Shown piece after piece: positions 29,877 through 41,530 of a stretch of 64,000 bases of DNA. The notes beneath the pieces are model-generated. The model was given only the letters and a program-made list of their open reading frames with translations, made no database searches and was not told the origin of the DNA. How positions within the stretch are numbered: position 1 is the first letter of the stretch; each line of letters opens with the position of its first letter. A program made the translations under genes and the position numbers. Source of the DNA: Piromyces finnis finn (lineage: Eukaryota > Fungi > Neocallimastigomycota); NCBI GenBank assembly GCA_002104945.1, contig MCFH01000081.1, positions 1 through 64,000 of the forward strand, written 5' to 3'.

Positions 29877-29880
<4 letters not shown>
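28942..29880 (-). mobile_element. Non-LTR retrotransposon 3' fragment (unit 3): CCHC region, 3'UTR and A26 tail; frameshifted
   Basis: T-run 28942-28967 next to AACGGCATC. Encodes CCKCGDQSIKHWFLDC. One base is missing (GGAATTAAAT vs GGAATTTAAAT) relative to units 1 and 2. Confidence 0.9.
29868..29880. repeat. Target-site duplication 2, ACTTGCAACATGA (partner at 33606-33618)
   Basis: Exact 13-bp direct repeat; the left copy abuts the unit 2 tail. The terminal A comes from TSD1 rather than the element (element reads ...CAACATGG). Confidence 0.85.
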
Positions 29881-29911
<31 letters not shown>

Positions 29912-31677
29912 GGCATCAAATATTTTAAACTTTATTATTAATTTAATTAAAATTATAATACATGTAATAAAAAATTAAAAATAAATAAAAATAAAAAAAA
30001 TATGTTTAAATAAACACAAATGAATAAAAATTGGGTATAATGTATTCTAGTAATTTTAATTAAAGTAAGAAAGCCACTATCATACTAAAGTATAATAATT
30101 GTATTTGACTTCCAATGGGACACCGAGCCAAAGATCAAAATTTTATCATGGGACAAAATTATGATCTCCATTGGTTGCGCTGGCCCTCCTGGCCTGTCTT
30201 ACTGTTTTTTCAGCATTGACGCTCTTGGATGTTGCTTCAAACCTTTTGAACATTGACCATTGCTGGCCAATAGCAAAAGGCATGATTTTGGTTAGAAGTT
30301 CCGCGGTTACCGTCAAGAATGGTGTTCCTTCATTAGTACCAGATTGAATCTGACGCTTACAAAGTTCTTTCCATTCCCTTGAATTGTAATTAATATTGTT
30401 AAAACTTCTTCCCCCAAGAAGGAATTTAAATATTTTACTGTACACACTAGAATAATCATACACATTAATATTCACCGGATTATTAGAACTATTACTATCA
30501 TCAACTAAATTACTATCTAAATTAGAATTATTATCATCACTATTGCTATCATTACTAATATTATTATTTCTATTACTACTATTGTTATTATTACTATTGT
30601 TATTATTAATATTATTACTATTACTATTACTGTTATTGCTATCTCTGCTGATATTAACATTTTCATTATTATTGATAGGACTATTGGAATTACGTTGACT
30701 GAAAAAATTTAATAGATGGACTATAGAATCATAATGTTTAATACGGATATCTCTAAATGTTGGACAATCTAATAACCAATGTTTAATACTTTGATCTCCA
30801 CACTTGCAACATGGACAGTAGTTAGGACAAACTGGATCAACAAATTTAGCAGCTTTGGCAACTCTAGCATCCAACTTGTATCCGCTTCTTGCTTTCAATA
30901 GCCAGTAGAAGCCATAGGCAAACTCTGGGTACTCATAACATAATTTAATAAAATCTTTAGTTTCAATAAACTTATTATCATCATAATATTGCGCTTTGAT
31001 TGAATTCCCTTTGAGATCTTTCCAATAAAAGTTTTTAACTGCTTTAACATCTCCATGTTTCTTTAGCTTTTTATCAAGTATCCTACTTGATTTGCACCAC
31101 GTGTATTTTCTAAATTTAGGAATGTAATTGACAAGGTGTGAGATAATACAATTTGAGTTTTTCCATTTGTTAAAACATCTAATCTGAGCTAAAGCACATT
31201 TGGCTGACAATGGAGGAATATTCAAATCTTTTGAGATAGAGTATAAAGATATAAACGATACAGCTTTATGAACTCCGGCAACCCATCGTATTCCTTTGTT
31301 AACATGCTTCTGAGCAATCCTAGACCTAGCTTTGTTGGATCCAAGTAATGGTGCAAAGTATGAAACTCTGCTAATCACTTGTGAGTTAAGTACTAGCTTT
31401 TTGAAGGGAATAGGAATATTAGGATTTCTTAAGAATTTACTGACTGAAAAAAGTCCTTTCAAAACCTTGTTATTAAGAGCTTTAATTACTGGTTTAAGGG
31501 ACAAATTCTTATCAAATGGAACACCAAGATAAGTATAACAATCAGTAGTTGGAATGGGTTGTCCTGCTAAGTAAAATGTTGGATCTCTCTTGATCTGATT
31601 TTCTATTGATTCAGGACGAATCACCATCGTTGAACATTTCTGGATACCAAATTCCATTTCATTATACAAGGCCCATT

Positions 31678-31680
<3 letters not shown>
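29881..31680 (-). mobile_element. 5'-truncated non-LTR retrotransposon (unit 2): RT thumb, CCHC zinc knuckle, 3'UTR and A28 tail
   Basis: ORF from EWALYNEMEFGIQKC..CYTYLGVPFD (post-catalytic RT region) to CPCCKCGDQSIKHWLLDC. The 3' end is GATGCCGTT(A)n. Confidence 0.92.
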
Positions 31681-31724
<44 letters not shown>

Positions 31725-33605
31725 GGCATCAAATATTTTAAACTTTATTATTAATTTAATTAAAATTATAATACATGTAATATAAAAATTAAAATAAAAT
31801 AAAAATAAAAAAAATATGTTTAAATAAACACAAATGAATAAAAATTGGGTATAATGTATTCTAGTAATATTAATTAAAGTAAGAAAGCCACTATCATACT
31901 AAAGTATAATAATTGTATTTGACTTCCAATGGGACACCGAGCCAAAGATCGAAATTTTGTCATGGAACAAAATTATGATCTCCATTGGTTGCGCTGGCCC
32001 TCCTGGCCTGTCTTACTGTTTCTTCAGCATTGACGCTCTTGGATGTTGCTTCAAACCTTTTGAACATTGTCCATTGCTGGCCAATAGCAAAAGGCATGAT
32101 TTTGGTTAGAAGTTCCGCGGTTACCGTCAAGAATGGTGTTCCTTCATTAGTACCAGATTGAATCTGACGCTTACAAAGTTCTTTCCATTCCCTTGAATTG
32201 TAATTGATATTGTTAAAACTTCTTCCCCCAAGAAGGAATTTAAATATTTTACTGCACACACTAGAATAATCATACACATTAATATTCACCGGATTATTAG
32301 AACTATTACTATCATTAACTAAATTACTATCTAAATTAGAATTATTATCTTCACTATTGCTATCATTACTAGTATTATTATTTCTATAACTACTATTGTT
32401 ATTATTACTATTTCTATTATTACTATTGTTACTATTACTATTGTTACTATTACTATTGTTACTATTACTATTGTTACTATTACTATTGTTACTATTACTA
32501 TTAATGTTATTGCTATCTCTACTGATATTATCAATTTCATTATTATTGATAGGACTATTGGAATTACGTTGACTGAAAAAATTTAATAGCTGGACTATGG
32601 AATCATAATGTTTAATACGGATATCTCTAAATGTTGGACAATCTAATAACCAATGTTTAATACTTTGATCTCCACACTTGCAACATGGACAGTAGTTAGG
32701 ACAAACTGGATCAACAAATTTGGCAGCTTTGGCAACTCTAGCATCCAACTTGTATCCGCTTCTTGCTTTCAATAGCCAGTAGAAGCCATAGGCAAACTCT
32801 GGGTACTCATAACATAATTTAATAAAATCTTTAGTATCAATAAACTTATTATCATCATAATATTGCGCTTTGATTGAATTCCCTTTGAGATCTTTCCAAT
32901 AAAAGTTTTTAACTGCTTTAACATCTCCATGTTTCTTTAGTTTTTTATCAAGTGTCCTACTTGATTTGCACCACGTGTATTTTCTAAATTTAGGAATGTA
33001 ATTGACAAGGTGTGAGATAATACAATTTGAGTTTTTCCATTTGTTAAAACATCTAACCTGAGCTAATGCACATTTGGCTGACAATGGAGGAATATTCAAA
33101 TCTTTTGAAATAGAGTATAAAGATATAAACGATACAGCTTTATGAACTCCGGCAACCCATCGTATTCCTTTGTTAACATGCTTCTGTGCAATTCTAGACC
33201 TGGCTTTGTTGGATCCAAGTAATGGTGCAAAGTATGAAACTCTGCTAATCACTTGTGAGTTAAGTACTAGCTTTTTGAAGGGAATAGGAATATTAGGATT
33301 TCTTAAGAATTTACTGACTGAAAAAAGCCCTTTCAAAACCTTGTTATTAAGAGCTTTAATAACTGGTTTAAGGGACAGATTCTTATCAAATGGAACACCA
33401 AGATAAGTATAACAATCAGTAGTTGGAATGGGTTGTCCTGCTAAGTAAAATGTTGGATCTCTCTTGTTCTGATTTTCTATTGATTCAGGACGAATCACCA
33501 TCGTTGAACACTTCTGGATACCAAATTCCATTTCATTATACAAGGCCCATTCATTAACTCTTCTAAGCATCTTTTTTAAGCATCCTCTTGTTGGAGCACA
33601 AATAA
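31681..33605 (-). mobile_element. 5'-truncated non-LTR retrotransposon (unit 1): RT thumb, CCHC, 3'UTR and A41 tail
   Basis: 536-aa ORF at 31960-33570, near-identical to unit 2 apart from SNPs and a longer Asn/Ser repeat. The frame stays open upstream (FICAPTRGCLKKMLRRVNEWA), i.e. it is cut just after where the RT xADD motif would be. Confidence 0.92.
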
Positions 33606-33617
33606 ACTTGCAACATG

Positions 33618-33704
33618 AGCTCTTTTGGCCTGTCTTACTATTTCTTCAGCATTGATGCTTTTGGATGTTGCTTTAAACCTTTTGAACATTGACCATTACT
33701 AGCA
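33618..33704 (-). mobile_element. Right half of the older relic copy that was interrupted by unit 3
   Basis: GCTCTTTTGGCCTGTCTTACTATTTCTTCAGCATTGATGC... aligns to the young copies with mostly C>T/G>A differences and continues the relic at 28916-28941. Confidence 0.8.
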
Positions 33705-34081
33705 AGAGTACATTTGTATGCAAGATTAAACTTTTTTTAATTAAATAAATTATTAATATTATTATATACTTTTACTTAAATAATAAATAAGTGTAAGTGA
33801 TAAAACTTAAAAGTCCACAAAAACATACACATTTAAAATAATATACTCATCAACTCACAAAATAAAAACAACCGATAATACTATTCTACACATTTAATCC
33901 TTATTTTTAATTCCTTATACACAATAATTATAAATTTAATTTGTTATTTCTATTATTTCTATTAAAATAAAACTTAAATTGTATACATTTTTTAATTTTA
34001 ATATGATAAATGAAACATTTATCAATAAGACAGACTTTATTATATTTGCATATATTATAAAGAATTTTACATTCAATATAT

Positions 34082-35155
34082 TTATTCGAATTTTCTTTCG
34101 AAAGCAGCAATCTTTTGTCTGACACGGTCCTTTCTTTGCTTGAGGTTGCGCTTTTGGGTCTTGAACTTCTTGAGTTGAGTCTTTTGTTCTTCGGTAAGTG
34201 GAGCGCGTTCCTTCTTGGTGAATTCTGGGTTGGCACGGATCTTCTTGTGAGCTTCAGCGTACATACCTTCAAGATCGTCAGCAGAAACACCAGCAGCAAT
34301 GAATCTGGAGAATTGCTTCTTGTACTTTTCTTCATCTTCTTCTTCAAGAGTACGCATGTATTCAGCGACGTGTTGACCGTAGATGTAATCTCTGAGGACT
34401 TCGGAGTCGAGGCTCTTTTCTTCAGAGTCGTAACCTGGGAATCTGGTTTCACTGTGTGGAATGAGAACACCACCATCAGCAGCACCCTTCATAACAGCGA
34501 AGACCTTGCTACCAGTAGTAGTACGTCTAAGACCAACATCAAGGAAAGCCTTGAATGGACGTGGACCTTCTTCGTTTTCTTCAACTTCGAAGAATTCACC
34601 GTTAGCTTCAGTGACACCTTCGTATTGGGAGTCAAGACCGAGCTTCTTAAGAACACGACGAGCGGCAAGGAGACCAGTGGCGTAAGCAGCAGCCCAGTTA
34701 GTTAAACCAACCTTAATACCGTAGTTTGGTAATTCGTGAGCGTAAGCAGCACTAACGATGTAATCACCTTCAATCTTGGAGTAAACGAATTGAGCAACAA
34801 CATCAGTGTTAGTGAAACGGACAACAAGTCTGTACTTTGGAGAGTTGTACTTGTTCTTGGCTTGGGTAACTAATCTCTTACGAGCGTAGTAATCAGTTTT
34901 ACCCTCTAATAATTTTATTATATATTATTAATACTAATATATTATAATATAATATATATTTAATAATATAAACGATACTTACCACGTCTTCTTCTGTATT
35001 TGACTTGGTAACGCTTGAAGTAAGCCTTGTTCTTGACAGTCTTGACGAAAACCTAATTTAAATTAAATTCATAAATGGATGAATAATCATTAATTAATAA
35101 CAATAACCTTTAAAATAAAACATCATAATTAAACTTAAAAACAAAAAATTACCAT
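34082..35155 (-). CDS. RPL5: 60S ribosomal protein L5 (uL18)
   Basis: Exons 35153-35155 (ATG only), 34983-35052 and 34082-34905 give [36 protein letters not shown]...[12 protein letters not shown]...[15 protein letters not shown]. Strong highly-expressed codon bias. Confidence 0.98.
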
Positions 35156-35429
35156 TTTATTTAATAAATATATGAAAGAGAGAGATCCTAAATAAAATAA
35201 TTTCTGAAAATTTTTATTTTACTTAATGAAAAATTATTACAGCCAATCAGAATTTAATATTTATATACATATTATATACTCAAAATATGATTGGTTAATT
35301 GAAGATTCGTTTGAATATAGTGTAAGCGGATTCAAGATCCATATAATTCTGTCTCTTTCAGATCTTCCTCAATTTTTTATACAGAGGGCTAATTTTGTAA
35401 ATTTATAAAACAAAGTTAAAATTTTAAAC
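35156..35429. promoter_or_regulatory. Putative bidirectional ribosomal-protein promoter
   Basis: 274 bp between divergent ATGs. Contains TGAAAATTTTT (RRPE-like, 35205-35215), inverted CCAAT boxes AGCCAATCA (35241-35249) and TGATTGGTT (35289-35297), and AGGGCTA (about 35385-35391). Confidence 0.55.
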
Positions 35430-36163
35430 ATGGTTGAGGTATATGAATATTAATGAATGATTAATAAAATATAAATAAAAAAATTTGAATAAGTGTTGTG
35501 TTTAGTGCTAAATATGTTTTTTAATGAATGATATTATTATGTTTATATATGTAATATATAATCTAACTTATTGTATTATATTACATTATATATATGTAGT
35601 TCAAGAAGATTGTCGAAGTTGGTCGTGTTGTCATGATCACTTACGGTCCAGATGCCGGTAAATTAGCCGTCATTGTTGACATTATTGACCACGCCAGAGT
35701 AAATATTAATTATATTGATGGATGAATGATTTTATGATATTATGTTATTAACAATTAAAAATATAAAACAATAGGCTTTAATTGATGGTCCAACCACCAA
35801 CGTTGCTCGTCAAGCTATGTCTTTCAAGCGTCTTAACCTTACCGCCGTCAAGGTTGCCAACCTCCCACGTGGTGCTTCTTCCCCAGTTGTTGCCAAGCGT
35901 CTTGCTGACCAAAAGATTAGTGAAGTTTTCGCTAAGACTACTTACGCTAAGAAGCTTGCCGCCAGAGCCGCCAGAGCTAACCTTACTGACTTCGGTCGTT
36001 TCAAGCTTATGATCGCCAAGAAGCAAGTAAGTTATTAAAACAATTATTGATATAATATTTTTTATAAATGCTTTAACATAGTAATTAATTCACATTTTTT
36101 ATATATTATCAGCGCCGCAATGTTATTAACCGTGAATTTGCTAAGCTTAAGAAGCAAAACTAG
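35430..36163 (+). CDS. RPL14: 60S ribosomal protein L14 (eL14)
   Basis: Exons 35430-35438, 35600-35698, 35775-36026 and 36113-36163 give [42 protein letters not shown]...[18 protein letters not shown]. Confidence 0.97.
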
Positions 36164-36354
36164 ATTAATAAGAAAATTGCCCTTAAAATAAATTTACAAT
36201 AAAATAATATTGGTAAAATAATTATGTTTAAAGTTATTACATTTTAAGTGTTTTGATAATATATATTCAGTTATTCAAAATATAATACAGGAATAATTAA
36301 TGGATGAAATAATATTATAAAGTTAAACAAAAATCAATATTGGTTTAAATATTT

Positions 36355-38202
36355 TTATTTATTAATTTTATTATAACAATTAAAATGAACAATTTTTCCA
36401 TTTGAAGTTTTAAAGAATTTTTCTTCAAGTATTTCATTATCACATAGAGAGCATTTTGTATTATTATCAATAATTAAAGGCGGTATTTTATCCAAATGTT
36501 TATTTAAAACCATTTTTACCTAGATAATTATAAAACTTTAAGAATAAAGATAGTTATAGTAAAAAAAATAAAGTATATATAATATTTACGTTTGTATTTT
36601 CTCCTTTTACAATGTTTTTTATAATTTTTGTTTGTTGTTCGATGTGGATGGAATTTCTAATAGATCTAGTTAAAAAGCTATTTAAGATATTTAATGACCA
36701 GTGTAATGGAATAATATCTAAAACCTCTTTAATTGAAAATTCTTGGTAAGATGAATTCAATAATTTTATTATTTTAGGAGCAAGTAAATCCCTGTTTTCC
36801 ATTTTAATATATAATCTTAATAGTGTTAAGTATAACGATTCATTTTTTTTTGGAAGTGAATTTAAATGTAAGTCTGATAAATTTGGTGAATCTTTTGTTT
36901 GGTTGTTGATTTCATTTATATCTGAAGTTGATATTTTCATTGCTAATTTTTGTTTTTCACATTTTTTTTGATTTTCGTGACAATATTCTTCTGCTCCATT
37001 ATAGTCATTTAATTGATGTAATAGTATTTTTAATGCTTTTTCATGTTCAAAAGACTTTAGAAATAGTTTTAAATTAAAAGAATAAATGGAATATTAAAAA
37101 AGGTTAAGAAAAAAAAAAAGATATTAAATAATTTTGGGAATGTGTAAATATAATATACTTATTTTATACCTTTGAGTATAAATATACTTTTTCAATCATT
37201 AGTATTTCATATTTAGCTAATTTCTTCAATAAATGACTTGGATTAATATATTCTGAAGTTTGAATAAAATTTAAGAATTTTAAGCGACAATTAATAATTT
37301 CGTTTGATTTATTTGACTTTAAGTAAGAAATATATGATAAATTTTCTGATACATCATTGAAATCTTTATCTGTTATTGTATATATATAAAAGAAAGTAAT
37401 AAAATATATATTTTGAGGTTAACTATTACTTTATAAATATATTTTATTTATAATTTACCTATCTGTTCAAATTTGTCCATTGAAGTTTTAGTATATTCAA
37501 TAATAGATTTAATATAACTCAACCCTAAATTAGTATGGAATGATGAATCCTATTATATTTTTTTTTATATTATATTAAAAGGAAAAGTTAAAAATTAAGA
37601 AACCTAATTTTTTTTTTTTTTTTTTTTTTTTTAAATATTAAGCTTAAAATACTAAACCTTAGTTTTTATAACATATATTAAATATTCTAAATAAATTAGA
37701 GCGGCTTCATTCCATTTTTTTTCTAAATAAGAAACTACATTATTTTGATCAAGATCTTTATGTTTTTCAGACATAAATATCTATTTTTCAAAATTCAATA
37801 TTAATATTAATAGCATAAATAAAGTAATATTTTTAGTATTGAAATCAAATAAATTATTAATCATATTATTTATAATATTACCTTTGCTCCTAACTTTTGG
37901 TTTTCATTTAAAACCCATTTTGAGTATTTCCAAACTAATTCTTTATCTTCTGTGTTTGAAAGAAAATCAACAATAAATTGAATTCCTGGGAAATCAGTAT
38001 CTTTTAATTGCTTTGATTCAATTCTATAATTTTATAAATATTTAAAAGAATTAATATATGAAATAACTTATTATTTAATTTATAATCAATATCTACTTTA
38101 GCCATATTTCTAAAGCTTTTTGGAATAATCCCTTTGATTGATATAATAAACCCATTGCATAATATTTCTAAGTATATTTTTAAATATTTATTAATGTTTA
38201 AT

Positions 38203-38273
<71 letters not shown>

Positions 38274-40988
38274 TTATTTTACCTTTTTTTCTTTTAATAT
38301 TTCGATAGATTCTTCAATATTGCAATAGTTTTCTTTTTTGATTAAATCATATAATTTTTTGTCATTATTTTCTATATAGAGTTTTAATAAAGTTGTATCT
38401 ATTTCCTATAATTTTATTATTATTATATATATTAAAATATTAAAATCAATGAAAATATAATTTATATTTATATAATTTAAAAAGAGTTACTTGTTTTTTT
38501 CCTGATGCTATTTGATTTTTACGTGAAAATTTCAAATATTTCATAAGCATATTTTTTGCATTTTCATAAAATGCTTGTGAAAATGATATTTTTGTTGTTT
38601 CATCAATATCTTTATAATTCTTATTCATATGATTTGTAACTATGTTGGATATAATATATTAACATTTAAAAATTAGCTGTTTATTTAATTTTTAAGTAAT
38701 GCTTATAAAATATTTACTTAAAGTGTTAATGGAATCAGGTATTATATCATTATATTCAAGTTTTATTGGTGATGTTAAAGGTGTTGGTATTCTATATTCT
38801 TCAAATAAATTAATAAGATTTATTGGACTAACGCTTCCTTTTTTAAAGCACTCTAATGCATCATCAAATAATGTTTCTTTCATTAATACATATCCTGCAT
38901 TTCTGTAAAATTGTCTTAATTTTGCTTCCTATAAATATTATGAATTTATTAATATAATAGTTTGAAAAAATTATATATATGTATTTTAAAATACCTTAAT
39001 TTCAACATAATATTCATCTTTAAATATGTCATGTTCAAGTAAAAATAAAGCATAATTAACATATTTTCCATTCATCATTTCTTTCAACTAGAAATAAATT
39101 AAATAATCAATGTAGGAAAAATATATTTATTTAAATATTCACAAATATTTTAGTAATAATAATATATATATGTATATTTTCGTTATAATTACTTGGAAAT
39201 CTATAGGTTTCATTGTTAAGGCGAATAATTTATTACTTGAATAAAGAAGAACTTTTATATTAAGATTTTTGGCATCATCTTGTTGATCATTATCGATAAA
39301 AACAAGCCTAACATTTGCAATACGAATGGGTTGTTGAACATCTTTAGGAATATATATGTTTTGAATTAATTTTTGATCTAAAATATTATGAATTGCTAAT
39401 GCATTATCATCCATTAACGCTAAAACATATGGATATTGAAATGCTAATGTTTATCATAAAAATAATAAGTAATTATATCAGTATCAAGGTAATTTATTAA
39501 TATATAATACTATTATTATTAATAATTATTATTTAATTACCGATTGAATTGGGATAATATTTCCATTGTAGTGTTCCTTTTATAAATTTCCATATAAAAA
39601 TATTTTATAAATATATACAAAATTTATAATTAGTTATTTGAATTATTTATAATGATTTTACTTTATTATATTATTAATACCTCTTGTTGCATCACCTTTA
39701 GGTGAAACAAATACACCTAATCCCATACGTAATAATTTAATTAAGAATCATTTAACTTGAATTATAATTATTATTGTGTAATTAAAATATAAATATTTAT
39801 TAATCATATAATTAAAAAGGATATCTTGTGCTGTTGATGTAACAAACATAAATTCATCTTTATCTAATACATTTAATAATGGTTTTCCATATGCTTGATT
39901 ATGTGAAAATAACGGAATACTTTCTCCGGTTGTTATATCGAATATATAATAAGAATCATTATCTGCAATACAGACTTTATTACTATAACATTTCATTTTT
40001 AATATATTTGAAAAATTATGTGGAAATTCCTATTAATTATTATTATTTCATTTTTTAATAAATTAGTATAATTATTGTATCTTTTTTTGCTTATTTTCTT
40101 ATAAATAAAATAACAAACTTTTACAATACCATTAATTGATGAACACCATGGTCAAAATTTACATATTCAATTGAATATCTTTTCGCAATACAAATTTGAA
40201 GATTGGATGTAACAGCTTCATCTGTACAAACATTTAAAACGTTTTTTATTGGACTTAGTTTTGCTGGAGGTATACTATTTAATGAATTTGACTCAAGAAA
40301 AACAATTGAATTATCTACGATCGAACATATGCATATTGAATGTAAAGTATAAATTAATTTATTGATTTAATAAATATATATATTTAATATTTAATATATT
40401 ATTTTAGAAAATGAAAATTGAAAAATCTTGTATCCCAATAAATACCGCATAAAACAAGTAAAATGGATTCTGAAGGTATAATAATTATTTTATTAATTGG
40501 CTTTTTATCCGATACAGTTTTTCTTTGAACATAATGACATTCACTTTTGTAGTACGAAAATGTACCATCAATGAATTTCTATTTATTATCATTATCATTA
40601 ATAAATATTTCAATAATTTTATTTTTTTTAATTTTAAATAAATATAATTACATTTTCATTTTGTGGATATTTATTAATCATAAAATTTATAATGCTCCCA
40701 TCAGAAGTACCAACATATATATTATTATCTATTAAAATTATAGTATCAATATATAAAAGTATAATAAATATTACAAGTGTAAAACATAGGATGTCGAATC
40801 TAATAATTTATAATAAATAAAAAAATACCCCAAGTTTCAATGCATTCTATTTGTATATTGGAATTCAACTGAGTATTAGTAGAACCTGAGCGAATTTGAA
40901 AAAGTGGATTACGTATTCCAGGTTTTTCCAATGGGATTTTATCAATTAATTCTATTAAAGTGTATGGTTCATTTTTTGGGACTAACAT
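36355..40988 (-). CDS. VPS3: TGFBRAP1/Vps3 (Vps39-family) tethering-complex subunit: CNH domain, clathrin-like repeat and C-terminal zinc finger; many exons
   Basis: Segments KVCIADNDSYYIFDI, GLGVFVSPKG, QYPYVLALMDDNALAIHNILDQKLIQ, EVLDIIPLHWSLNILNSFLTRSIRNSIH, and a final exon CSLCDNEILEEKFFKTSNGKIVHFNC. Internal exon borders not all resolved; Vps3 versus Vps39 is from remembered motifs. Confidence 0.8.
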
Positions 40989-41530
40989 ATCAACTTTTAA
41001 ATAAAATTAAATAGAAAAGTGAAAATAAAGTAAAATAAAATAAAAAATTAAAAAAAAGAAAAGAAAAAATATATGTATTAAAAAAAATATTAATAAAGAT
41101 AGATTGAATATTTTATTTAAAATTTAATCTTTTAATATTATTTTTCAATTTGAAATTTGATTATTTATAATTTATTTATTTTTTTTTATTTTATTTTATT
41201 TTTTGTTTTTTGTTTTTTTTTTATATTATTTAAAATTTATAAATTTTTATAACATTAATATATTAAATAAATCTATATAAAAAATTAAAAATTTTTTATA
41301 TCCTAACACACTTAGAGATGTAATGAAATAATTAATTTTATTTTAAGATGTAGTTTTTTTTCTTTATTTAATTTACTATTATTGTTATTTTTATTATTTT
41401 AATTATATTCTTTTCTTTTCTTTTTTATTTATATTATTTGATTTATAATTTTCTTGTGATATTTCTACATAAATTTAATAAACATGGTTTAAATAATTTA
41501 ATTCCATAGTAATTGCATAATACTGTTCAG

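Noticed and set aside
28942-33617. Interpretation as a CRISPR-like array, LTR element or segmental duplication
   Set aside because: Poly(A) tails, variable 5' truncation, RT-thumb/CCHC coding and TSDs fit non-LTR retrotransposition; there are no LTRs and no repeat-spacer structure.
34115-34705. Antisense or alternative-frame ORFs over RPL5 and RPL14 (196, 185, 74, 82, 76 aa)
   Set aside because: Shadow ORFs expected from the strong codon bias of ribosomal-protein genes.
35226-35408. 60-aa ORF between RPL5 and RPL14
   Set aside because: Lies in the shared promoter and has no coding signature.
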